A stretch of 64,000 nt of DNA from NCBI RefSeq assembly GCF_048264555.1, contig NZ_JBLXCX010000008.1, positions 16,414-80,413 of the forward strand. The letters are read 5' to 3'. Both the position numbers and the translations under genes were made by a program. Positions 10,293 through 19,729 of the stretch are shown in pieces; within the stretch, counting starts at the first letter, position 1; each line of letters opens with the position of its first letter. The notes under the pieces are model-generated. The model was not told where the DNA came from and did no database searches. It saw nothing but the letters and a program-made list of their open reading frames with translations. This DNA is from Kordiimonas sp. GTDB taxonomy: Bacteria > Pseudomonadota > Alphaproteobacteria > Sphingomonadales > Kordiimonadaceae.

Positions 10293-11417
10293 CTAGAGCT
10301 CGTCGATCATCTGCGCGAGCGTATCAATGCACGCACGACCCAAATGGCGGCAGCGCTCAGGCGACCAGCCATATTCAAGGTCCGGCAGGTCGTCATTATC
10401 CTTGAACGGCATCTCCAGCGTCATGGCGAGGCAACCAAAGGTCTCCGCCATATAGTTCGTGCACATGGAGAGGTTGGCCGTGCCGGGCTCATCGGTATCA
10501 TAGCCATGTTCCTGCTGGAAATCGGGCGAGATAACGCACAGCAAATCCTGATACATGGCGAGAAGCTTGCTCTGCTTTTCCGTGAGGGACGGAATACCTT
10601 CAAAGCCAGCGATAAAGTTATAGGGCAGGTTTTCATCACCGTGTACATCAAGGTGGAAGTCCACACCGGTCTCGTGCATCTTCTCGCGCACGAGGTAAAC
10701 CTCTGGGCTGCGCTCCATCGTCGCACAATTCCACTCACGGTTCAGGTTGGCGCCAGCAGCGTTTGTGCGCAGGTTGCCGCGGCGTGAGCCGTCCGGGTTC
10801 ATGTTTGGCACAATGTAGAAATGCGCTTTATCGAGCAGCGCACGGGCAACCGGGTTGTCTTCATCCAGAAGATAATCCAGCGCACCTTCCATCCACCACT
10901 CGGCCATGGTCTCGCCGGGGTGCTGGCGGGCAGCCATCCATATCTTCTTGCGGCCTTCCGGGCCGAAGCCGACCTCAACGAGGTCCATGTCCTGTCCATC
11001 AAGGGTATGGCCAAGCACGCTCGTGCGCACAAGCGGTGAGCCGGAAACCTCAGCAATCAGGTCGGCGTGACGATCCATAGAGTAGGGCGCGAAATACGCG
11101 AAATAGAGGCTGTCCTGCTCAGGTTCCACGTTCCATGAGAGCTTCTGGCCGTCAAAGCTTGTATCAATCCGGAACCAGCTTTCCCGGTCGTAGGATGCGC
11201 AAACCTTGTAGTTTTCCCAGCCCGGCACATAAGCGGAGCCGCCTGCGTTCTCAATCGTTAGTTTGCACGGCGTGTCTGCAACACCAGAGAGGCGGAAATG
11301 AAACCACTGGTAAAAATCGGAATTGCTGTCTTTACGAATATTCAGGCGAATGTCTGATGGATCGTCGCCTTTGATCACTTCGATATTGCCGCTATCGAAC
11401 TGGCTGGTGATAAGCAT
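10293..11417 (-). CDS. M14-family zinc carboxypeptidase (cytosolic type)
   Basis: ARQHPGE, PNMNPDG, NLNREW and LDVHGDE motifs. ATG 11417 preferred over 11462. Confidence 0.9.
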   Translation of the reverse strand: MLITSQFDSGNIEVIKGDDPSDIRLNIRKDSNSDFYQWFHFRLSGVADTPCKLTIENAGGSAYVPGWENYKVCASYDRESWFRIDTSFDGQKLSWNVEPEQDSLYFAYFAPYSMDRHADLIAEVSGSPLVRTSVLGHTLDGQDMDLVEVGFGPEGRKKIWMAARQHPGETMAEWWMEGALDYLLDEDNPVARALLDKAHFYIVPNMNPDGSRRGNLRTNAAGANLNREWNCATMERSPEVYLVREKMHETGVDFHLDVHGDENLPYNFIAGFEGIPSLTEKQSKLLAMYQDLLCVISPDFQQEHGYDTDEPGTANLSMCTNYMAETFGCLAMTLEMPFKDNDDLPDLEYGWSPERCRHLGRACIDTLAQMIDEL

Positions 11418-11591
11418 GACCTTCTCGCTCCCTCGTGCGTGTGTGGTGCTTTTTCGTGACATGTTTGCCTACAGCGTGGCCACTCTATGGTCAATGCCAA
11501 TTGGCGGCCATGGCGGCTTTCTCTTAAAGGGTCAGCCTTTATGACGCTTTATTCCCATGACAAGACAGTCTCATTTTGGTAGTATAACTTC

Positions 11592-11682
11592 ACTGACGCA
11601 CAGGCGTGAGCGGACTACCCCCGCTATCTAACGGGGGAAATTTGGGGCGTCCCACCGGGCATGGGGGACGCCTCTATTTTTT
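11592..11682 (+). ncRNA. Candidate ~90-nt small RNA
   Basis: ATGACA-N17-TAGTAT at 11557-11585, no usable ORF, and a GGCGTCCC/GGGACGCC stem followed by a T run ending ~11682. Confidence 0.35.
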
Positions 11683-11731
11683 GTGCCAATCCCGCCCAAT
11701 GCAAAAAGGCAGCAAAAACCGCCTCTTGCTA

Positions 11732-11760
11732 TTGACAGCCCGGCACCTCGCCAGTATGTT
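11732..11760 (+). promoter_or_regulatory. Sigma70-type promoter upstream of rpmJ
   Basis: TTGACA-N17-TATGTT. Confidence 0.6.
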
Positions 11761-11877
11761 CCGCCGCCAATGGATTCGAGGAATGACGGATTCGTCGTTC
11801 CCACCCTTGTGTGCCATGGCGCCGGCTGGCGTGGCAGGGGAAAAGTATTTTAGAGCCGGTTTGTAGTGAGACGAGCC

Positions 11878-12003
11878 ATGAAAATTCGTAACAGCTTGAA
11901 GTCTTTGAAAAGCCGTCACCGCGATTGCCGTGTGATTCGCCGCAAAGGCCGGATCTACGTGATCAACAAGACGCAACGTCGCTTTAAAGCACGCCAAGGT
12001 TAA
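11878..12003 (+). CDS. rpmJ: 50S ribosomal protein L36, type B (zinc-free)
   Basis: [41 protein letters not shown]; too short for the ORF track. Confidence 0.97.
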   Translation: MKIRNSLKSLKSRHRDCRVIRRKGRIYVINKTQRRFKARQG

Positions 12004-12060
12004 GCCTCAAGCTAAGCTTAGAGCTCAGGCTCGTCAGCATAGCCTCAAGGTTATTGATTC

Positions 12061-12092
12061 AGCCGCGCACTCTCCGGTAGAGTTGCGCGGCT
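12061..12092 (+). terminator. Hairpin after rpmJ
   Basis: AGCCGCGCACTCT...AGAGTTGCGCGGCT stem. Confidence 0.6.
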
Positions 12093-12110
12093 TAGTCGTA
12101 TGGGGGATAC

Positions 12111-12725
12111 ATGACGCACGCAGGCAAATCGGTACTATTTGATATCGGCAACGTGTTTGTTGAGTGGGACCCACGGTTCCTCTACCGAGAGCTTATCCAT
12201 GATGCAGCAGAGCTTGAACGTTTCCTCTCCGAGGTGGTGACCCTTGAGTGGCACACGGAGCATGACCGTGGTCGTCCGTTTGCGGAAGGTGTGCGTATCC
12301 TCTCAGCCCGGTTCCCTGAGTATGAAGACCTTATTCAGGCGTTTGACGAACGCTGGGGTGATACCATCGGCCCATTGATAGGCGGCACGGTGAGTGTGCT
12401 GGAACGTTTGAGCGAGCAGGGTATGCCGTGTTTTGGGCTTACAAATTTCTCGGCCGAGAAATGGCCGCTGTTTTGCCGTGACTATGCGTTCACAGACCTC
12501 TTTGGCGGTGTAGTGGTCTCTGGCGCGGAAGGGCTTGTGAAACCCGACCCGCGTATCTTCCAGCTAGCGATCGACCGCTTCGGGCTGGAGCCTGAACACA
12601 CGGTCTATATTGATGACCGGCTTGAGAATGTGCAGGCGGCTGAACACATAGGTATGATCGGGCATCACTTCACGGGCGCAGACAAGCTGGAAGCCAATCT
12701 GCGCGCCAAAGGTTTTCTTTATTGA
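12111..12725 (+). CDS. HAD-family phosphatase/hydrolase
   Basis: VLFDIGNV, LTNFS, KPDPRIF and YIDD motifs. Confidence 0.9.
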   Translation: MTHAGKSVLFDIGNVFVEWDPRFLYRELIHDAAELERFLSEVVTLEWHTEHDRGRPFAEGVRILSARFPEYEDLIQAFDERWGDTIGPLIGGTVSVLERLSEQGMPCFGLTNFSAEKWPLFCRDYAFTDLFGGVVVSGAEGLVKPDPRIFQLAIDRFGLEPEHTVYIDDRLENVQAAEHIGMIGHHFTGADKLEANLRAKGFLY

Positions 12726-12730
12726 TAAGG

Positions 12731-12754
12731 GCGAGCTAAGCTAGTTTAGCTCGC
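12731..12754. terminator. Hairpin between the convergent HAD gene and pyk
   Basis: GCGAGCTAA-GCTAGT-TTAGCTCGC. Confidence 0.55.
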
Positions 12755-14192
12755 TGCCGCTGATCCACGCGATGTGAAGCACGTTGGTGGCGCCCGGTGT
12801 GCCAAAGGGCACGCCAGCGGTGACAACGATACGGTCACCCGCCTTCACCACACCCGTCCTCAGCGCCATGCGCTTCGCTTTGCCGACCATTTCTTCAAAG
12901 CTGCCAACATCTTTGGTTTTAACCGTGCGCATGCCCCACACAATGGCAAGGCGGCGTGCAACAGCAAGGCGCGGCGTAAGCGTGAGGATTTCCGCCTCAG
13001 GCCGTTCGCGGGCGGCCCTCAGCGCTGTGGCGCCCGAAGTTGTGAAGGTCACAATTGCTTTTGCCCCCACGGTGCGTGCCACCTGCCGCGCGGCAGCGGT
13101 GATGGCGTCTTCGGTGGTGGAGTTTGGATTTGTGCGGTCGTCGCTACCGCTCATGCGGTAGTTAGGCTCATGCTCAACGCGGATGGCCACACGGTCCATC
13201 ACCTGCACGGCCTCAATCGGGTAATCTCCCACGGCTGATTCGGCCGAGAGCATCACAGCGTCCGCGCCGTCCAGCACCGCTGTTGCCACGTCGGATACCT
13301 CCGCGCGGGTTGGCACGGGGGATTTGATCATCGATTCGAGCATCTGCGTTGCCACAACAACAGGCTTGCCCGCCTGCCGTGCAGCCCGCACGATCTGTTT
13401 CTGGATGCCGGGCACATTCTCAACCGGCTCCTCCACACCCAGGTCGCCACGGGCAACCATCACACCGTCCGCCAGCTCGATAATCTCATCAAGCGCGGTC
13501 ACGGCTGCGGGCTTCTCAATCTTGGCCATCACGGCGGCTTTTTTGCCGACCAGCTTTTTGGCTTCCGCCACATCTGCGCCGCGCTGCACAAACGAAAGGG
13601 CGATCCAGTCCACGCCGCACTGAAGCGCGAAGGAGAGATCCTTGCGGTCTTTTGGGGTGAGGGCCGCGAGCGGCAACACGGCGTTTGGTACGTTCACGCC
13701 CTTGCGGTCTGAAAGCACACCGCCCACAATCACGCGGCAGTTGGCCTTGTTGGCTTCAACCGTTTCCACTTCAAGGCGGATCTTGCCGTCATCCAGCAGG
13801 ATATGGGTGCCAACTTCAAGCGCGTCAAAAATCTCTTTGTGCGGCAGGTAAACCCGCTGGTTGTCGCCCGGCTGGTCAACAAGGTCGAGCTTGAAGGCCT
13901 GTCCCTGTTTCAGTTCGGTTTTGCCGTCTTCAAAAAGGCCGATACGCAGTTTTGGGCCCTGAAGGTCAGCAAGGATTGCGATAGGACGGCCACACTCACG
14001 CTCAACCGCGCGGATCGTGTGCACCAGCGCTTCTTTATCCTTGTGCTCGCCGTGGCTCATGTTGAGGCGGAAAACATCCACACCGGCGATGAACAGCTCT
14101 TTGATGCGTTCATAGCTGGAACTCGCCGGCCCGAGGGTCGCAACAATACGGGTTTTCCGGCGGCGCGCTGCGGAAAGAGTTTCGGACGTCAA
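12741..14192 (-). CDS. pyk: Pyruvate kinase
   Basis: KTRIVATLGPAS, RLNMSHG, DLQGPKLR, MVARGDLGVE and ATQMLESM motifs. Confidence 0.97.
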   Translation of the reverse strand: MTSETLSAARRRKTRIVATLGPASSSYERIKELFIAGVDVFRLNMSHGEHKDKEALVHTIRAVERECGRPIAILADLQGPKLRIGLFEDGKTELKQGQAFKLDLVDQPGDNQRVYLPHKEIFDALEVGTHILLDDGKIRLEVETVEANKANCRVIVGGVLSDRKGVNVPNAVLPLAALTPKDRKDLSFALQCGVDWIALSFVQRGADVAEAKKLVGKKAAVMAKIEKPAAVTALDEIIELADGVMVARGDLGVEEPVENVPGIQKQIVRAARQAGKPVVVATQMLESMIKSPVPTRAEVSDVATAVLDGADAVMLSAESAVGDYPIEAVQVMDRVAIRVEHEPNYRMSGSDDRTNPNSTTEDAITAAARQVARTVGAKAIVTFTTSGATALRAARERPEAEILTLTPRLAVARRLAIVWGMRTVKTKDVGSFEEMVGKAKRMALRTGVVKAGDRIVVTAGVPFGTPGATNVLHIAWISGSELN

Positions 14193-14349
14193 GATTGCCT
14201 CCCTGAGCAGTATGGAGCGAGCACGATGAAATGTTGACTTGGTTGGTCAGATCATTAGGTTTCAGGGCACATGCTGCGTGATCGCTCACGTCACGTCCAG
14301 CATTTTTCGCTTTGAAACCAAAGCTTCACGTGCGTGCCCGGTGTACCCT

Positions 14350-15132
14350 ATGAATGATTCCGCTGTCCAGAGCCAAATCTTGAAACCAAAAATCCTGAAC
14401 GCGGATGCGCTTGGCGGCGTGATTGTGCTGTGTGACCACGCAACCAATTTTATCCCCGCCGACTATGCCGACCTTGGGCTTGAAAGGGCTGACCTTGAGA
14501 AGCACATCGCATGGGATATTGGCGCGGCGGAGGTTACCCGCAAGATATGTGATATGATGGGGGTTGCTGGTGTGCTCGCGCCGGTTTCGCGCCTGCTCAT
14601 TGATTGCAACCGGGAGCCGGACCATAAAACGCTGGTGCCGCCAGCAAGCGACGGCATTACCATCCCCGCAAACCGTGACCTGAGCGCTCGCGCGGTCGCC
14701 GCCCGGAAGGACGCCTATTACACACCGTTTCATGAGGCGTGCGCCGCGCTAGTCAGCGCCCATCTGAAGGCCGGGAAAGTACCGCTTGTGGTCGGCATGC
14801 ACAGTTTTACACCGGAGATGAGCGGTAAGGCTCGCCCGTGGCATGCGGGTTTCCTTTGGAACAAGGACCCCCGCCTCGCGCAAGCCATGATCGGCATGCT
14901 GGAGCGAGAGACAGACCTGACGGTCGGCGATAACCTGCCGTATTCAGGCCGTGATCTTTATTATACCATGCAGCGCCACGGGGCGGACCATGGCTTGCCG
15001 CAAACAACGATTGAAGTGCGCCAGGACCTGCTTGCGACCGATGCGATGACCACCGAATGGGCGGCGCTTCTCGCTGACATTCTGGATGAATGCATGCACC
15101 GCGAGGACGTGGCCAGCATCCGTCACTATTAG
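14350..15132 (+). CDS. N-formylglutamate amidohydrolase family protein
   Basis: CDHATN, HIAWDIGA, SRLLIDCNR and HSFTP motifs; ATG 14350 preferred. Confidence 0.9.
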   Translation: MNDSAVQSQILKPKILNADALGGVIVLCDHATNFIPADYADLGLERADLEKHIAWDIGAAEVTRKICDMMGVAGVLAPVSRLLIDCNREPDHKTLVPPASDGITIPANRDLSARAVAARKDAYYTPFHEACAALVSAHLKAGKVPLVVGMHSFTPEMSGKARPWHAGFLWNKDPRLAQAMIGMLERETDLTVGDNLPYSGRDLYYTMQRHGADHGLPQTTIEVRQDLLATDAMTTEWAALLADILDECMHREDVASIRHY

Positions 15133-15144
15133 AAGGAGAATAAA

Positions 15145-15456
15145 ATGAGCGATACGACAGACGAGAAACTGGAAGCAGCTGTGTTCCGCAGGCTGGTGCA
15201 GCATTTCCGTGAACGCAGCGACGTACAGAATATCGACCTGATGGGCTATGGCGGGTTTTGCCGCAACTGCCTTTCTGATTGGTACAAGGAAGCCGCGGAA
15301 GAAATGGGCGTGGAGATCAGCAAAGACGAGGCGCGTGAGCGCATCTACGGCATGCCCTATGACGAATATAAAGAGAAACACCAAATGCCCGCGACGGATG
15401 AGCAGTTGCGGCGCATGGAAATCAGCGTCGCCAAAAACAAGCTGGCGCGCAGCTAA
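15145..15456 (+). CDS. DUF1244-family protein
   Basis: VQNIDLMGYGGFCRNCLSDWY and RIYGMPY motifs. Confidence 0.85.
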   Translation: MSDTTDEKLEAAVFRRLVQHFRERSDVQNIDLMGYGGFCRNCLSDWYKEAAEEMGVEISKDEARERIYGMPYDEYKEKHQMPATDEQLRRMEISVAKNKLARS

Positions 15457-15485
15457 TCAGGCCTGAGCATCAGACAGCCTGCGCG

Positions 15486-16214
15486 TCACACAATCAGGTC
15501 CTGGGTGTTGAACTGTTTATGTGAAAATACCGTGTTTAAAATGCGCTCTTCCGTTTGGCTGAGAAGGTCATACATAACCCGCTTGATCCGGGCCGGGTCT
15601 TCGCTTTGCAGCACGTTGATGCTCATCTCCGTCTGTTCTCTGGAATAGAAGAATGAGTTGGTGACCTTGATGTAGAGCCAGTATATGCGCATGGCGGTAA
15701 GCTCAAGCTGGCGCGCCCAATCCAGCATCTGCGGGTATCCCGCCTGCTCACACAACATCTCATTAAGCTGTTTGTTCAGCTTCAGGACTTCGAGCGCCGC
15801 AGCATCGTCCTTGGGTGGCAGCATGCCGTGGATACGCTCATTCAGCGCATGAAGGGCAGGGTAGTTCACCTTTGGTGCCGCAAGCGCGAATATCTCTGGC
15901 AGCAGTATCTTCCTGAGTGTGAAACTTTGTTTGATCTCGAGAAGTGTCAGCGGCGCGACGACGGTGATCCGCGGCGAAACGGACACCAGAAAATGCCGTG
16001 CGATAAGGCGCTCGATCAGGTTTCTTGAAATAGCCCGGCTGATGCCGAACTTCTCGGTAAAGATATTCTCTGACACTTTCTGGCTCGGCGCGAGCTTCTG
16101 GGTGACGATAGCATCCATCACCAGCTCATATGCTGCCTCGGTATCCGATTGCTGCGACGGATCCCTGTTTGCCTCCGGCCCCGCAATAGCCATCTGGCTC
16201 CCCCCTTTAGTCAT
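15486..16214 (-). CDS. GntR-family transcriptional regulator (FCD type)
   Basis: N-terminal wHTH (LAPSQKVSE...FGISRAISR); divergent from the TonB receptor. Confidence 0.8.
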   Translation of the reverse strand: MTKGGSQMAIAGPEANRDPSQQSDTEAAYELVMDAIVTQKLAPSQKVSENIFTEKFGISRAISRNLIERLIARHFLVSVSPRITVVAPLTLLEIKQSFTLRKILLPEIFALAAPKVNYPALHALNERIHGMLPPKDDAAALEVLKLNKQLNEMLCEQAGYPQMLDWARQLELTAMRIYWLYIKVTNSFFYSREQTEMSINVLQSEDPARIKRVMYDLLSQTEERILNTVFSHKQFNTQDLIV

Positions 16215-16307
16215 TGTAGTCCCCTCCTAGACCACTAGAGCAACGTACCGCTTCGCAAAACCCAAAAATATTTTCCATGGCATTTTTCAAATTTTAACTG
16301 AGTTAAT

Positions 16308-16350
16308 ATTGCTATAATGATTTACAAGGCAGCTTTATTGATATAACAAT
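16308..16350. promoter_or_regulatory. Two related 14-bp sites, possible GntR operators
   Basis: ATTGCTATAATGAT (16308-16321) and ATTGATATAACAAT (16337-16350) in the divergent promoter. Confidence 0.3.
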
Positions 16351-16424
16351 TCAGCCAAAAAATAAAATAAAGCTGAAAAAAGGGACAACGATACCGTATA
16401 AACAATCAGATATCGGAGGGAATA

Positions 16425-19190
16425 ATGGTGAAGCATTATTTGAAGGGAGGAGCCATTTTTGGGGCTGTTTCAAGCCTGGCTCTTATAAGTGCGTTGCCCG
16501 CGACGGCGCAAGAAAATGTATCGGAAGCGGCGGCACCAGAGTTTGAAGAAATTGTTGTTAGTTCGTCCCGCATTAAAAAATCGGGCTTTGAAGCACCGAC
16601 ACCTGTTACGGTGCTCGGGTCTGAGGATATGCAGGCGCGGGGAGCCACCAATGTGGCGGATATTGTCAATGAGTTGCCTGGCTTTACCGGCACCGTTACC
16701 CCCACGGCTACTGTGTTGAACTCACGCGGCAGTGCGACCAATGTGCTCGACCTTCGCGGTTTGGGCGGAAACCGTAACCTAGTTCTGGTCAACGGCCGCC
16801 GTCACGTGCCTACAGATGAATTTGGTGTGGTTGATATCAATATCGTGCCGACGCTTGCGGTTAGCCGCATTGAAGTGGTGACCGGTGGTGCGTCCGCCGC
16901 ATGGGGGTCTGACGCGATCTCCGGCGTTGTGGATATTGTCTATGACAACCAGCTTGAGGGCTTGAAGGTAGAAGCCCAGTACGGCGTCTCTGAAGAGGGT
17001 GATAACGAGAACTATCGCCTGTCGATGGCCTTTGGGGCCGATGTGGCGGATGGCCGAGGTCACGTGCTTATCGCTGCCGACTATAACGACAATAGCGGTA
17101 TCCCGGATTCTCGTGCCCGCGACTGGTCTGCTGAGCACTGGGGCATCATCGCCAACCCTGATGATACGGGCCCGAATGACGGTATTCCTGCCAGCATGTT
17201 CGCGTCTGACGTGAAACTGTTTTTGGCGTCACCAAACGGTGTAACGCTGCCGAACGGCACCGCACTCGGAAACCTTGAGTTCCTGCCAAATGGCACTGCT
17301 GTGCCGCGTGAGCTTGGCGATGTTATCGGCGGCGTGTTCATGACCGGCGGCAGCGGTACCTACCATGGGGATAATACGGCCCTCTATATTCCGCTTGAGC
17401 GCAAGAACATCCTCGCGGCTTTCAATTATGAGCTTACAGAAGACATCAACTTCTATTTTGAAGGCAGTGCGGGGCAGTCTGCGTCTGAGGGGGCGCTGAT
17501 CGACTCGTTCATCTTCGGGCAGACCATTCGCTCAGGCAACCCCTACCTGCCCGCAAGTGTGCAGGCAGAGATGGATGCATCTGGCGTTGATACGCTCAGC
17601 CTTTACCGCACCAATGCCGAGTTTGGCCCAATCACGTCTGTGAGCAAGACGCAGAATTTCCGTCTGGTGACCGGTTTTGATGGTGCTTTCTCAAACGACT
17701 GGACGTGGGATGTATACTATCAGTATGGCCGGGTTGATTTCTCGAACCAGCAAACCAACAACCTGATCCCCGGTAACTTGAGTTTGGCGGCGGATGTGGT
17801 GACCGACCCCACCACCGGCGCGCCCATTTGTGCATCCGCGCTCAGCGGCCAAAACCCGAACTGTGTGCCCATCAATCTTTTTGGTTCCGGCTCGCCTAGC
17901 CAGGCTGCGATTGATTATGTAACGGGTACTAGCATCTCGGACACTCGGCTTCGGCAGGATGTCGTGGCCGCCACAGTGAATGGTGATGTGTTTGAAGGAT
18001 GGGCTGGCCCCGTCTCGACCGCTTTCGGTGTTGAATACCGGAAAGAATCTCTCAAGCGTGAGGTTGATGACCTTTCGGAGCAGGCACAGTTCCTGATCAC
18101 CAACGCGCAGCCGCTTGAAGGTAGCTATGATGTGAAAGAGGCATTTGGTGAGGTGCTTGTGCCTCTTCTGAATACAGATGCAGGACAGTCGCTTACCTTC
18201 AACGGTGCGCTCCGCTATACGGACTATAGCACGAGCGGCACGGTCCTGACCTGGAAGGCAGGGCTTACCTTCGACCCGTTTGAAGAATTGCGCCTGCGCG
18301 GCACAATCTCGCGGGATATCCGGGCGCCCAGCATTGGCGAGGTGTTCCTGAAAACCCTGTTGCTGTTTGAAAACATTGAAAACCCCTTCACCGGGAATGT
18401 TGATTTCACCCAGATCCTGAACACGGGGAACACAGACCTGCAGGAAGAACGCGCCCTCACCAAAACCTTTGGGCTCGTGTACTCACCAAACTGGCTTGAG
18501 GGCCTGCGCCTTTCTGTTGACTGGTATGACATCGGCATCAGCGATGCGATCCAGTCGATCTCCAGCCGTGCGATTGTTGAGGGGTGTTACGCGGGCGACA
18601 ATGACTTCTGTAGCCTTGTCTCCTTTCAGCCGGATAATACAATCGCGTCCATCACCAACAAACTCCTCAACCTCGGTACCTATGAGGTGCGTGGTGTGGA
18701 TTTTGAAGCCCAATATGCCCTGCCGCTCAGCAACGGCGCGGACCTGAGCTTCAAGCTTCTCGGTAGTTATGTTTATGAGAAGAACATCGCACCTGATGGC
18801 GCGAATGCAGAAAACTACGCCGGTGATGTTGGCGCGGCCAATGTCTTTGGTCTGCCTAAATGGAAGATGCGCGGCAATGTTTCCTACCAAACCGAGAAAT
18901 ACGGTTTCTTCACCAACGTCCGGTACGTGGGGGCAGGCAAATATAATGTCCTCTGGGGGCCTGAGCAGCTCTCGGATGAAGACAACAATATCGGCGCGGA
19001 AGTATATGTCGATATCTCGGGCCGCTATAAACTGCGGGACGAGTTGGAGCTATATGCCGGGATCAACAATCTCTTTGATAATGACCCGCCTGTGGCGCCG
19101 CTCGATTTCATTTCTCCGCAGGTGACCAACCCTGCACATTACGACATTGTTGGGCGTTCCTTCTATGTAGGGGTTAGGGCCCAGTTCTAA
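16425..19190 (+). CDS. TonB-dependent outer-membrane receptor
   Basis: Signal peptide, TonB box (EEIVVSSSRI), plug domain (LRGLGGNRNLVLVNGRR, RIEVVTGGASAAWGSDA) and C-terminal Phe. Confidence 0.95.
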   Translation: MVKHYLKGGAIFGAVSSLALISALPATAQENVSEAAAPEFEEIVVSSSRIKKSGFEAPTPVTVLGSEDMQARGATNVADIVNELPGFTGTVTPTATVLNSRGSATNVLDLRGLGGNRNLVLVNGRRHVPTDEFGVVDINIVPTLAVSRIEVVTGGASAAWGSDAISGVVDIVYDNQLEGLKVEAQYGVSEEGDNENYRLSMAFGADVADGRGHVLIAADYNDNSGIPDSRARDWSAEHWGIIANPDDTGPNDGIPASMFASDVKLFLASPNGVTLPNGTALGNLEFLPNGTAVPRELGDVIGGVFMTGGSGTYHGDNTALYIPLERKNILAAFNYELTEDINFYFEGSAGQSASEGALIDSFIFGQTIRSGNPYLPASVQAEMDASGVDTLSLYRTNAEFGPITSVSKTQNFRLVTGFDGAFSNDWTWDVYYQYGRVDFSNQQTNNLIPGNLSLAADVVTDPTTGAPICASALSGQNPNCVPINLFGSGSPSQAAIDYVTGTSISDTRLRQDVVAATVNGDVFEGWAGPVSTAFGVEYRKESLKREVDDLSEQAQFLITNAQPLEGSYDVKEAFGEVLVPLLNTDAGQSLTFNGALRYTDYSTSGTVLTWKAGLTFDPFEELRLRGTISRDIRAPSIGEVFLKTLLLFENIENPFTGNVDFTQILNTGNTDLQEERALTKTFGLVYSPNWLEGLRLSVDWYDIGISDAIQSISSRAIVEGCYAGDNDFCSLVSFQPDNTIASITNKLLNLGTYEVRGVDFEAQYALPLSNGADLSFKLLGSYVYEKNIAPDGANAENYAGDVGAANVFGLPKWKMRGNVSYQTEKYGFFTNVRYVGAGKYNVLWGPEQLSDEDNNIGAEVYVDISGRYKLRDELELYAGINNLFDNDPPVAPLDFISPQVTNPAHYDIVGRSFYVGVRAQF

Positions 19191-19217
19191 CGAGACTATT
19201 CGTCAGTGTTCGGCGAA

Positions 19218-19256
19218 GGAGGGTGCTTTCCGAGAGGAGGGCGCCCTCCATTTTTT
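19218..19256 (+). terminator. Intrinsic terminator
   Basis: GGAGGGTGC/GCGCCCTCC stem followed by ATTTTTT. Confidence 0.7.
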
Positions 19257-19405
19257 CCGGGCGGGTGATTTTCAGCCCATTATGCAATTGAACTCGGATA
19301 ACACCGCCGCTAGAGTGCGGCGCAAGCGAGTGAACAGGATGTGAGCGGCCACAGGTCGCCGCCTCACAGCGTCACTAGGACGACAGGATGTCAGGGAGTT
19401 TATAG

Positions 19406-19549
19406 ATGGTACAGGTACAGGCTGGTGGTGTTGCTGGTGAACAGCTTCGTTCTTTCATTGAACGCATTGAGCGCTTGGAAGAAGAGAAAAAGGGCATCGC
19501 CGAGGACATCAAGGAAGTTTATGCGGGTGCGAAAGCGGTTGGCAAATAA
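19406..19549 (+). pseudogene. gapR: Truncated GapR (DUF2312/UPF0335): 46 conserved codons, then AAA TAA
   Basis: [47 protein letters not shown]-stop with a GGAG RBS. Homology to the downstream copy ends abruptly at 19543. Missed by the ORF track. Confidence 0.9.
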
Positions 19550-19551
19550 TA

Positions 19552-19665
19552 TACAGTTTAAACTGTACCATTTCTTGTTTTTCAAAGAGTTAGATTGACA
19601 CAATTGTGTCAGCCATTGTGTCAAAAAAAATGTGACCTGCGAAACTGCGCTCATTTTAATGAGCG
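19552..19665. repeat. Cluster of perfect palindromes and direct repeats (att/arm-like)
   Basis: TACAGTTTAAACTGTA (19552-19567); TGACACAATTGTGTCA (19596-19611); ATTGTGTCA direct repeat (19603-19611, 19615-19623); CGCTCATT-TT-AATGAGCG (19648-19665). Confidence 0.85.
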
Positions 19666-19681
19666 GAGTTGAGGAGGTAAA

Positions 19682-19729
19682 ATGCAGCTACAAGCTGGCA
19701 AAACAGATCGATATGAAGGTGTGGAATAA
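19682..19729 (+). CDS. Candidate 15-aa leader ORF ([15 protein letters not shown]) coupled to gapR
   Basis: GAGGAGG Shine-Dalgarno at 19671-19677; its TAA overlaps the gapR ATG (TAATG). Confidence 0.45.
   Translation: MQLQAGKTDRYEGVE

Noticed and set aside
19341-19654. ORFs 19341-19598 (+) and 19400-19654 (-)
   Set aside because: Alternate-frame or antisense overlaps of the truncated gapR and the junction; no coding signal.
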